Shown one piece after another: positions 9,731 to 19,983 of a stretch of DNA of 37,185 nucleotides. The position numbers were made by a program, and so were the translations under genes. The first letter of the stretch is position 1, and the number at the start of each line of letters is the position of its first letter. The stretch comes from Mesotaenium endlicherianum (Eukaryota). The notes beneath the pieces were generated by a model. It searched no databases. It had not been told where the DNA came from and saw nothing but the letters and a program-made list of their open reading frames with translations. The stretch lies in assembly GCA_009602735.1 (NCBI GenBank), contig WELA01002258.1, positions 753,220-790,404 on the forward strand, written 5' to 3'.

Positions 9731-12700
9731 CAGGGTTACGCCGTACGCCGGAGTGGCCGACCCCGTACGCTTAATTAAGCGTACTGAGTTAGTTCGTCGT
9801 ACTAAGCGTACGAATTTTCAATCCGCACGTGCGCGACGTCCAAGAGACGTCCAACATCCGTTTTGTCCGCCAGGTTTGGCTTTGTGTTTCATTTTTTCCC
9901 AAAAACTTGTCGATCAAGATCGATCGACAAGAGACCAACAAATTTTTCTTTAAAAGTTCCAGCTTTTTGCAACGACGGCGGCAAATTGCTTCATGACGGA
10001 TACATAGATTGGCAAAAACAAGAAGCAATCGTGAGCAAAGAAGGCCTACCCTTAGAGCTCTAGCTTCCGCGGTTTTCGACCCTCTGTGCACAGATACATT
10101 ACCCCCCATCTCAAACCAGATGACAGTCTCTCAGGCATATCTATTGCATAAGCAAGACTCGACCTACCTACTTTTACGACGTACTCCAAGACAAGACATT
10201 GATACAGCTCTTTTTGTTGCAAATGTCACGACATGTTGGCTGCCTTCTTCACTGGCATATATAAGACTGCTCTGCTGGTGTTGTCCGCGCAAGTGATGGG
10301 TCACGTGGGGGTTTGGGTGGGGGTGGGGGTACGGAAGGTGGGGGTTTGGGTGGGGTGGGGATTTGTTAACCTCTAAGCCTCAAGTGTTGCAGGAATGAGC
10401 ACCGCCGATCAGTCTAGTTCCTTTGCTTGCTAGGCACTTACCCTGCAGTCAGTAGTAGCCAGCGCATGCACGACTATGCATGAGCTTACAAAGCTGCTTC
10501 TTGGTCTTCAATCCTCCTCTAAGTGCAGCCCCAGCTTGAGCTCGACGCCCCACGGGAGCACTTTGTGGGCCTAATGGACTCGGCAGTACTTCTTGGTCCC
10601 CACTGTTGGGCCTGCGGCCAAGCCAACTCTGGCCATGGTCCTGGTTCTGACAGAAAGAGGTGCGGGGTATTGTCATCGTTACATGCAGACGGTGAAGGGC
10701 AGCTTTCCCGAGGGTATTTTCAACGGGCGTGAGGTTTGCTGCAGCAAGTGCCTCAAGTAAGTGCAACTCGTGGTCGGTGGGGTCGGAGGTAAGTTGTACG
10801 CATCCTCCCCATTCTTACCTTGTACGGCACCGACGGGGTTGGGGGGAGGGGGGGGGTCCAACAAGCAGCCGTGTTTTTCACGGCGTAGGTTTGTGTGTGT
10901 AGACTCCTAGCCTGCACTGTTGCTGGCTGGCAGCATGTGACGCGCNGCTGGCTGGCAGCATGTGACGCGCCTCTGTTTGGGGCAAAGCCAGCAGTGTATG
11001 CTGCGCCTGCCTCCCTCTGGCTTCCTATGCACAGGTGTGTGCTTGGGGTGATTCCACTGGGCGGGGGCGCTCTTCTGCAGGGGTCACGGGCACCACCCCC
11101 GACGTGTGGGAGAGGCTGTCCAGGGGTTAGTACGCGGGGCACCCACATTGCCTGTCCCCCCCTGCTTCTGTTGGGGGGGGGGTGGGGCGACGGCAGCTGG
11201 CGCCCCCCACCCCCCCCCCGTCTGGTGCATACGGGGGGCAGCGATAGTCGCCAACCCCTCTTGCTTTGGTGGAGGAGGTGGGCTGTCTGGGGGTTGTGTG
11301 CGGGACTCCGACGGCAGTGGCGGCACCCGCCCTGGCCAAGTGTGAGGGAGGGGTGGCGCGCACGTGCGCGCTTGTGCCCCTGCATGAAGGCACGTGACTG
11401 TGTGCGCTCGTGCCGGCTGACAGGCGCGTGCGCGCACAAGTCTGTGTGCTTGCAATCCTGTGTGCGTGTGCGGGCAAGCAGGGAGTGTGCGTAAATGTGT
11501 GGCAGTGTGTGTGCTTTGCAGACTGAAGAGCGGGCGGGGGAGTGGGCATACAGGCAATCATGTGTGTGGGCGAAAGGGTGAAGCGTGCGCGTCAAGTGAA
11601 GAAGCAGTAGTGTTTTGTGATGCCCCCTCTCCCACATGGGTCGCGGTTGCAACTCTCCTAGCTGCTGTCCAGACGCTGTGCGTGGGGGCTCAATGGCAGC
11701 GGCTGTCCCCCCCCTGGTTTCATTTGTGCGGGGTTCAACGGCTGCGGCTGCACGCCTCTGGTCTGGTGTTGGTGCGTGGGGAAGGGGGGGGGGGATTTGG
11801 ACCAAATGCACGTGTGCTGTGCGTGGGCACCTGCAAGTGGGTGGATTTTTGTGCGTGTGTGGGTGTCAGCGGCAGGGCAGGCAGGTGCCCGTGCAAGTCT
11901 CCGTCTGTGCTTGTGCACGTGTGTGCATGTGTGTATGATTGTATTTTTTGGTGCGTCTGTGTGTGTATTTGTGCGTGTATGTATGCGTTTCGTGTCTTGG
12001 TGTGCATGTGTGCGCGCGTGCTTGGTGTGTGTAAAACAAGTATCTCTCGTCCTCGCTCACTCGTGGTTCTTGTTCAAGCTTCCCAATGCGCTTAGCAGCT
12101 AAGCACACAGGCGTGTGTGCATCCTGTGTGTCCATTCATGTGTTTTTGTGCAAAAGTGTGTGCATGGGAGGCTCTGGGTGCACACATCTCTGTTCTTGTG
12201 CAAGCGTGAGTGCATCTGTGAATGTATATATTGTTGCATGTGTTGTGGCAGCAGGTGCTCGCTTCTGGACTGGTGTGTGCGGGGGCTGTCGAGGACCGGG
12301 ACTGTGCGGGGGGTGTGCAAGCAACATTTCATGTTTGACCTGTGGGAGGTGTGCAAGCAACGTCTCTGGTTTGACTTGTGTTTGTGTGTGGCAGGGGGTG
12401 GCAGTGACAGCAGCTGGTTTTAAGCTCGGGTTGCATCTGCAACGGCTGCCTCCCCGCGACAAGTGTCGATTCACTTACAGGTTGAGGTGACCGACTGAGC
12501 TTTATGAGCTCAACTAGATCGCAAATTTTTTGACTTACCTTTTGTCAGCTGGGAAAAGTAAAAGGTAGGCTTTGCATATCATTTGTATGAGCTTTGTTTT
12601 GCAACCATGTCATATTATGTCGTGAGACAATAATTTTAGTTGCAATAACGTGAACAAATACAAACAAAGTGCTAGGATGTGTGTCTTTGCACATTTATTG

Positions 12701-13364
12701 CCCAAAAAGCAGTCATAGTATATCGACCAAGTACATAAGTCGCAACTTGAGTAATACTGCGCATAGACACTTCTTATTGTAAAATACGTAATTCAATCGC
12801 TTTTTATGTGTAATGAATATCATATTGCTTATTATAACAACCTTCATGAGTTTTTCATGGAGAAGGAGAGAAGAAGTAAAGTTGAGGCACAGCTAGTTGG
12901 GAAATATAAAGCACAAATAAAAGATGAAATAATCCAATATTACCTAAACCAAATATGGAATGTAATATGCATTTGGTTATCAATAAATTGTACATCATTT
13001 CTAGTGGACATAGTAGTTACTTACTCTCATTATAGTCTGCGTCGTTCACACCTCGCTGCCAGCAACCGTCAGCCGAACGTGTGGATGGGGGAAAAAAAAA
13101 ACTACATTTTTTGTTCATTGATAAAAAATTTTGCGTGCTGAAATAAATTTTTTTGTTGCTGCCCAGCTTACTAAAAAAAAGTACAATTGTACTTTCACAT
13201 GTGTGATCGTCAGGACTTACCGTCGACGTTCAAACTAAACGTCGTCACGTCGACATTAGCACGAATTAAGCGTACTAAGCGTACTAAGCCATTTTTTTAC
13301 ATATCGAATTTAGCGAATTAGCGTACAAAGCGTATTTAGCGAACTAGCGTACGGCGTAACCCTG
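9731..13364. mobile_element. Non-autonomous hAT DNA transposon (3634 bp)
   Basis: Perfect 18-bp TIR CAGGGTTACGCCGTACGC (9731-9748 and 13347-13364) and perfect 8-bp TSD GCGATTTG (9723-9730 and 13365-13372). Subterminal GCGTAC/TAAGCGTAC repeats. The host integrase frame FSKGDL|VKLHSQ resumes afterwards. Confidence 0.96.
11380..12400. repeat. GT/GC-rich low-complexity tract (degenerate TG repeats)
   Basis: Dense runs of gtgtgt and gtgcgt generate spurious C/V- and H/T-rich ORFs. Confidence 0.8.
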
Positions 13365-13372
13365 GCGATTTG

Positions 13373-13819
13373 GTCAAACTGCATTCTCAGCACCTGTACC
13401 TCCCTGGTGTGGTCAAGAAAAAGCTTGGCCCTGTCTGGGTCGGTCCGTATTCGGTGGTGCATCGTGTCGGTCGGAATGCTTACAAACTGAACATGTCAGC
13501 CGAATACAAGGGTCACCCGGTCTTTAATGTCTCCTACTTGGAACCATACATCAAAGGTGATACACTGTTCACAGGTCGGTTACCTGTCCAACCGGGACCG
13601 GTCCCCGCTGTCTAGGACGGCGACCCTGAGGAATATGTGGTTGAGGAGATTTTAGACGCGCGCTCGATCCGTCGATGGTCTAAATATGTCATGAAGTACC
13701 TCATTCGATGGAAGGGTTACGATGCCTCTGGGGACACTTGGGAATTTGAAGACCATTTGACTAATGCCAAAGGAGCGTTGAAACGGTTCCACCTTTGGGC
13801 GGCTGGAGCACCTCCCTAA
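13373..13819 (+). pseudogene. Integrase C-terminus (GPY/F motif) and chromodomain of element B; stop at 13613-13615
   Basis: WVGPYSVV...HPVFNVSYLEPY, followed by EYVVEEILDAR...YLIRWKGYDASGDTWE. Confidence 0.93.
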
Positions 13820-14269
13820 CAGTCATTTCAGTTGACATGGGAAGGTGACAGGATGTCCTGTCTCCATTTAAGTTGGAGGGGAAAATATATGACAATTAGT
13901 GTGCGAAAACGAGAAAGGGACAGTTATGTGAACCCTAAGTGTCAGCATAGTGACAGAGGGGACAGCCTGGCCCACATAAAGCACCTTTGGCTGAAGGAAA
14001 AAGGGCACAGCAATACATCACTTAACACACCTGAAAACACATTCATACGTTTATGTCTAGCGCACCGCAACTACGTCAACTCCTAGCAATCACCCTGTAA
14101 GGTAAACAGGAACAAATATACCCTATCAATACGAACTTCCTCCCTTCCTGCAACTCCTTGGACAAAGGGCGATATCCTACTAACTTGTGCCCTGGTTGCA
14201 TGTGCAGAATGGGCTTCCACCACACAAAAGGAGGACAGAAAGCGCAAGGCAGAAGAAGCCAGGAGGATA

Positions 14270-15868
14270 ATGGAGCAATATCGGAAGGAGCTGGCGGCCA
14301 CGTCCCTCACCAGGAGAGAACAAGAAAAGGTTTGCAAACAACAAGAGGCGGCAGAAGAAGTACAGAGGAAGAAGGATCAGGAAGCGGAAAACCTCAGGAA
14401 AGCTGAGGAGGAGAGACAAAAGAAACAACAAGAAGAAGCGGCAGCGGCAGAGAAGGAGAGAAGGAAAAAGGCTGAAGCGGACAGGCAGAAGAGCTTGGCT
14501 ACTTACAAGTATACAGTTGTGGGTGGCCAAAACTTTGATAACATGAAGGAAGCATTGCTGGCAGCCCAGGAGATCAACAAGCTGGAACAAACAACACTGC
14601 TACAGAGGGAAGGAGCTGCAGCACTGGATAGGTATATTGTGACACACACCGGTGTGGTTCTCTACGAGGATTATGCCAAGATGGTGGGCTATATAGCAGA
14701 GCAGGTCCGGTACCTTGCCGATGATTTAGAGAAGAAGCCAGTCCCATTACCGGGAATAGTGGGAGATCAGAGACTCATCAGGATGGTGAGCATGCGGCCC
14801 GATAGGTTTAAGGATACGGTATTCTACCTCACACTATTGCCAGCTTACAATGAAGTTGAGAGAAGGAGCTGGGAGTACTTGGCCAGGGAAGCAGGACAGC
14901 AGATGTTCTCTCCCCACTGGTTCCCCTGTAAACTGAGAAAGGCTGAGCATGGACCCCAGTACTACCAACACCCAGCAGATTGGAGGTGGATGACCGTCAC
15001 AAACAAAAAGCAGGATTATGACCGAGCCCATCCAGATGATTTCCACTATGGCCTAGACGGCTACCTCATCCTACCACCTCACATTGCCCCTTGGGACCCC
15101 AGGCTGAATGGTTGCCTGAGCAATATGAATGCAGAGACCAAAGAGCACAGGAGGAGGGGGAGAGACTACTTCTCTAAGGGGAAGCATGCCTTCGTCAAAT
15201 GGGCGAAGAATGCAGGCCGGATAGACATCAGCAGGCTGAAGGCCAAGCAACCTCCAGCGCGCCCTAAGAAAGGGAGGTCAGTAGACTACTCCATGTCTAC
15301 CAGGGAGCAGGACGACTTAGTGGACAAGACTCCTACTCTCTCAGAGGAGGAGGATGAGGAGGATGAGGAAGAAGAACAAGGCAAAGGAGAAGCGTCAGGA
15401 GCTGGTACTCAGGAGACCCAGGGGCAGGCAAGGGTACTTCCTAAGGAACCAAGATCAGGTGTATGGAACGTGATCCCGGTCATGGAGGCAACTGGACCCC
15501 GCACTCGCTCCCCCAGCCAGCCTGCCCAAGCAGGGGAAGAAGCTGATCTGACTGTACTTGGCAGCAGACACAGGCAGAAATCCCCAGAGGACAGGGGTGC
15601 CAGAAGAGGGACACGCGGGATGGCCAGAGGTATGCCGGCCTCCCCCTTTGCTCAGGGTGTATTTCAACATCCTACTGGAATGCCTGTCTATGTGGGGATC
15701 AACACCCAAGTGGGTGAAGAGCAGGCTACCATCCTTCGTTCTCCTCGAGGTCCAACTTTAGAACAAACGTGGTTCTTTAGAAGGCCAGCTGACAGACCTA
15801 GACGGCTGTCGAGGTCTAGGTCCAGATCTCAGTCTCCTGATCCTGAAGCCCCAAGAACAACCCCCTAG
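14270..15868 (+). CDS. Additional 3' ORF of element B, 532 aa, unknown function
   Basis: Uninterrupted 1.6-kb ORF between the chromodomain and the PPT/LTR. Charged coiled-coil-like N-terminus, aromatic-rich central region, basic patch, acidic tract and RS-rich tail. No obvious transmembrane segment. Confidence 0.8.
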   Translation: MEQYRKELAATSLTRREQEKVCKQQEAAEEVQRKKDQEAENLRKAEEERQKKQQEEAAAAEKERRKKAEADRQKSLATYKYTVVGGQNFDNMKEALLAAQEINKLEQTTLLQREGAAALDRYIVTHTGVVLYEDYAKMVGYIAEQVRYLADDLEKKPVPLPGIVGDQRLIRMVSMRPDRFKDTVFYLTLLPAYNEVERRSWEYLAREAGQQMFSPHWFPCKLRKAEHGPQYYQHPADWRWMTVTNKKQDYDRAHPDDFHYGLDGYLILPPHIAPWDPRLNGCLSNMNAETKEHRRRGRDYFSKGKHAFVKWAKNAGRIDISRLKAKQPPARPKKGRSVDYSMSTREQDDLVDKTPTLSEEEDEEDEEEEQGKGEASGAGTQETQGQARVLPKEPRSGVWNVIPVMEATGPRTRSPSQPAQAGEEADLTVLGSRHRQKSPEDRGARRGTRGMARGMPASPFAQGVFQHPTGMPVYVGINTQVGEEQATILRSPRGPTLEQTWFFRRPADRPRRLSRSRSRSQSPDPEAPRTTP

Positions 15869-15965
15869 GTGACAGGCTGAAGAGGCAGTCAGTGGGGGAG
15901 GCTGGTCAGGTTCAGTTCCCTTATTTAAGACTTCTGCAGTTTAATGTTGTCGAGGCGACAACAAG

Positions 15966-15980
15966 TTAAGTTGGAGGGAT
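15966..15980 (+). promoter_or_regulatory. Polypurine tract of element B
   Basis: TTAAGTTGGAGGGAT lies immediately before the LTR start TGTAATG. Confidence 0.8.
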
Positions 15981-16700
15981 TGTAATGAATCAGTATATTA
16001 GTGGATATAATGTTCAATTAAATATAATAGTTAATTGAGTTCAGCCTGCTGAACTCTAGTTAATAATCAGTCCGCTGGACTTCATATTTAATAGCAGGTT
16101 AATGACTCAGCCGGAAGCAGCAGGCTGAAGTCAACTTAAGCCAGATTGCTGACACATTTTTTGACAGCCCGTTGACTTCCGTACTCGGTAGCAGCGAACT
16201 GCCTCAATATGCATCAAAGTGTGATATGCTTGATGAATGGCAAGATGACATCCCTATGATGGATGGCGATTCGGGATGATGGGAGGTGGCGGTAGATTTG
16301 GTTAACCGAGGTCCTACCAACGTGGTTAACTCCCGGGTAGGCGGTGCCATCGCACTGGCCGTTGAACAGTAATCTCATTCCATGTACATATGCTAGGCAT
16401 TGCTCTCGAGTTGGGCATTCGGAAACGAGGCCAACTCTCTTGTACAGCTTACTAAGAGAGATCTGAATCCAAGGCGAGAAGCCATTGATACGCACTGTCT
16501 TCTAACCTTGCTTATGTATGAGTTTACTGATTGCATTATTGATGCTAGTTTACTCGCATTTGACTCACGAGTATTATTCACTGCTAGTGTGTTGTCCTTT
16601 GCCGTTTAACCAATGAACAAAAAATACCATAAAGATTACTTGCTGATATAAAGATCTTTTTTTATTGTTAATCGCCTATTTGGTAAGTCGATTCATTTCA
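15981..16700 (+). repeat. 3' LTR of element B (720 bp)
   Basis: Termini TGTAATGAATC...GATTCATTTCA match at 10/11 positions as an inverted repeat. piggyBac coding sequence (ETNIYA) starts exactly at 16701. Confidence 0.85.
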
Positions 16701-17719
16701 GAGACTAACATATATGCTGCTCAAAGTCAAGCCAAGGGTTGGATCCCAGCCACTTGCACAGAAATTGTGGTCTCCCATAAGCTTTGTATGGCTATGGGCT
16801 TGCATGCTCCCCCTAGACTTAGTAAGTATTGGCAGAAAATTGTGAATGGACCTATTACCTTACCTTCTTTTGGTAGGTTCATGAGTAGAAATAGGTTCAA
16901 AGACATTAGAAGGTACTTTCATGTGAAGGACACCAAAACTAGAGCCTACTTTCCTAAAGAGTCCAGAGAGTACAAACTTAGGCAGCAGCAACCTTTCACT
17001 GACTTGTGTCACAAGACCTTTGCACAATACTACAGTCCAGGAGAATACATAATTATAGATGAGAAAACTATACCCATTAGAAACAGGCAATATCCTATTA
17101 AAATCTACAATCCCTCTAAGCCCTACAAGTATGGAATGGAAATTTTCTCTTTGTGTAATGGCAATACATATTTTTGTTATGCTTTCATTATATATGATAG
17201 AATAAAAGTTGATGGGTTGAAGACTAAGGTAATTTTAGAACCTAGTAAGTAGACCAATATACTTCTCCGTGTCTAGCTAGTAACTATAGTACTGAGAGAG
17301 TCCTAGTGAATAGGAAGTGGTGGCATAGGGCTTACTGGGGCATCTTTGATGGACTGCTTGCTAATGCTTTCATTTTGTACAAGTTAGCACATCCCGACTC
17401 CGACAAATTTTACATGTATGTGGAGGCAAGGAATGAGATGTGCTATTTTCACCATCCTCATGATGCAAGGCCTAGCACGGTAGCAACTAGAACAGCACCA
17501 TGCGAGCATGTTGGAGAGGCTAGGTGAAACCACAGGCACTTTTCTGCTAAGGTTGAGGAGAGGAAGCATTGTGTGGTGTGCAAAGTCGCTACTTTTGGAC
17601 ATCGTGCCGATGGTCCAAGGGCTCCCAAGGTGTACTTCAAGTGTGAGCATTGCAATGTGTATCTTTGTCTTGCTGTGTGCTTTGCAAGATACCACACAGA
17701 GAGAGAGATTGAATCTTGA
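16701..17719 (+). pseudogene. piggyBac (DDE_Tnp_1_7-like) transposase, internally deleted and with stops
   Basis: ETNIYA, MSRNRFKDIRRYFH, IIDEKTIP, YNPSKPYKYG, KWWHRAYWGIFD...NAFILY and the C-terminal Cys-rich domain HCVVC...FKCEHCNVYLCLAVCFARYH. The segment carrying the later catalytic aspartates appears deleted near 17250-17290. Confidence 0.92.
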
Positions 17720-18485
17720 TCATCTAGATGTAGGACAGAGAAGGGAGGTGAGGGCTTAGGAAAGGCATTGGGCGTTACGTGCGTTTTTGGTCGAATCTGA
17801 GTATTTATGTAGGAGGTATAATAAGCAAATTCATTATTTAAAGAAGCTGTTCAGTTGCATTCTGATGTGTAGGTCATCATGAAATTAGGTAAGTTTTTTT
17901 TTTGACCAAAAAAAATTAATAGTATTGTTTGCTCCTGAAACTTGCTTATTATGCTAATTAAATTCAATTTTTTTAATAAAATAGATAAAATGTCACACGA
18001 TTAGAACTTGAGGTTGAGTGTCAGTCACCTTAATTTCATATCCAAGTACCTTGTATAGTGACATGTGTGGGATATTATGTATGAGTGCATTCCACAGCTC
18101 TTGTTGGACCATGCAAATAAGTGGCCCATGTAAGCCCCAAGTTTGCCAATACTTCCTTGTTGAGAATCAAAATTTTACCCACACTCTTTATGTGTATGTC
18201 TACCTCTGGCATAATTCATAACCGCTGAAGAAAAGCATGGAAGAAAGGGTTCTCAATCATTGTTGACAGTTTTGTCAATGTTTTGTTTCACCTTTTTCTT
18301 CTCAAATTTGCGATTATAAAAAAATGTTTCTTGGAAAACAAAAACTATAGCCATGAAGAGGGTGATATAACCTTGAAAAGCATATAAGGTACATACTCAT
18401 CGAACAACTACTGTGGTCTAAACAAATCAAAGTATGTGGGTAATTGTTGGTCCAAAAACCATTAATTTTGTTGGGCCATCTAGTG
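16701..18485 (+). mobile_element. piggyBac DNA transposon, 3' portion
   Basis: Transposase relic plus an AT-rich 3' region ending ...GGGCCATCTAGTG, directly followed by TTAA (18486-18489), which forms the L-K codons of the RT motif (D)LKSGYHQ of element C. Confidence 0.85.
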
Positions 18486-19983
18486 TTAAGAGTGGATATC
18501 ATCAAATCAGAATTGCTGAGAGAGATACACACAATTCTGCTTTCCGCACAAGGTATGGACATCATGAATTTATGTGATGCCTTCCGGTCTGACTAATGCC
18601 ACTGCTACCTAGCTTTATTGGCGCCATAATTGACATCTTCAGACCTTACTTTGATAGGTTTGTGCAAGTCTTTTTAGATGACATTCTCAATTTCTCTAAA
18701 AATTACTTTAAGCATGTTGAGCACCTTCAGCTAGTAATGGAGACTCTCATAAAGAATCAACTATATGCTAAAATGAGCAAGTGTGATTTCTTTAAAGAAT
18801 GTAGTGAATTCTTGGGTCATGTTGTCAGTAAGGCAGGCATCAGTGTGGACCCCAAGAAAGTTCAGACCATAAGGGATTGGCCAGACCCTCAATCTGTCTC
18901 AGAAGTTAGATCATTTCTTGGATTGGCTAACTACTACAGGAGATTCTTTGAGAATTACTCCACCAAGGCCAATAAACTGATTGACCTTACCAAAAAGGAC
19001 ATAGGATACGTGTGGGGGGAAGAGGAGCAAGCTGCCTTTTAGACCCTTATAGATGCTCTGTGCTCTGCCCCAGTTCTCGCTGTATATGACCCCAACAAAC
19101 TCGTACAAGTGGTTTTTGATGCTTCCGACTTTGCCATAGGTGCTATTTAGTTGCAGCCTGTTGACAAAATCACAAAGGATGGTAAGGTAAAGCAAGAGTG
19201 GCACCTTATCCTGTATGAGTCGATGAAGTTCAATCCAGCTGAGATTAGTAATTCTATGCATGATAAGGAACTGTTAGCTATCATACATGTTCTCAAACAG
19301 TGGAGAGCGTAATTACACGGAAAAGCTAATAAGGTGATTTAAGACCATCTAGCTCTGACTCATTTTCGGAAGAAGTCCAAGCTGTCGAGAAGGGAGAATC
19401 CCTGGAGCCAGATGCTGGAGCAGTTCCAGGTCCAGATCGCTTACAAACCAGGGAAGTTGAATCCTGCTGATGCCCTCTCTAGAAGACCAGACTTCCAAGA
19501 AAAGATCTTTGATCGGCATGCTGTTGATAGGGCACTTTGTGCATTCACTTCATTGAAGGTGAAGAAGTCCTTCCTTGAACAACTTAGGAGAGCTTATCAT
19601 TCCGACTCAACATTTGAGCCAAGCCCAATTGATGGTGTGTTACCTGCTACTGCACTCGGTTATAAGCTAAAGGGAGGGGTCTGGGAGACTGAAACTACTT
19701 CAGGACAGCTGAAGTTGGTCACTCCTAGTAACTTGGAACGAAGATCTTTATTACTCCAGTCAGGACCATGATAGTGTACTAGGTGGACACTTGGCAAACT
19801 AGCAAAACATTACCACTAGGAAGGGGTACCTCGGAACGTCTTAAAATATGTTGACTTATGTGATCAGGGTCAGAGTTCTAAGTTCAGACACACACCACCC
19901 GGAAAATTATTACAACCTTTACCTATTCCAACTAGGAGATGGGAAACCATATCAATGGACTGGGTGGTAACTCTCTCGAGAAC
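18486..19983 (+). pseudogene. pol: Degenerate pol (RT-RH-INT N-terminus) of chromovirus C, related to B
   Basis: [30 protein letters not shown] and [16 protein letters not shown], with many stops and frameshifts. Clear nucleotide similarity to 7950-9200. Confidence 0.92.

Larger units (their letters stand above)
5023..16700 (+). mobile_element. Chromovirus (Ty3/Gypsy) family B: gag, pol with chromodomain, extra 3' ORF, PPT, 3' LTR; disrupted by nested insertions
   Basis: gag-PR-RT-RH-INT-CHD are colinear once the insertions at 7244-7746 and 9731-13364 are removed. A PPT precedes the LTR at 15981-16700, which abuts piggyBac coding sequence. Confidence 0.92.

Noticed and set aside
10922..10970. 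Perfect 24-bp direct repeat
   Set aside because: The two copies flank an N at 10946, which is typical of an unmerged contig overlap.
10753..12490. Long overlapping ORFs (up to 352 aa) on both strands
   Set aside because: They arise from GC/GT-rich low-complexity DNA that lacks stop codons, and show no protein motifs.
13255..13350. Short repeated motifs that could suggest a CRISPR or satellite array
   Set aside because: The spacing is irregular and there are no unique spacers; they are hAT subterminal repeats.
14270..15868. Calling the extra ORF an env gene
   Set aside because: No signal peptide, transmembrane helix or fusion-peptide-like segment is visible.
16665..16700. N-terminus of the 195-aa piggyBac ORF
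   Set aside because: These codons come from the end of the B LTR; transposase sequence starts at 16701.
18473..18489. CACTA-superfamily terminus
   Set aside because: The TTAA target and the adjacent piggyBac transposase explain it better.
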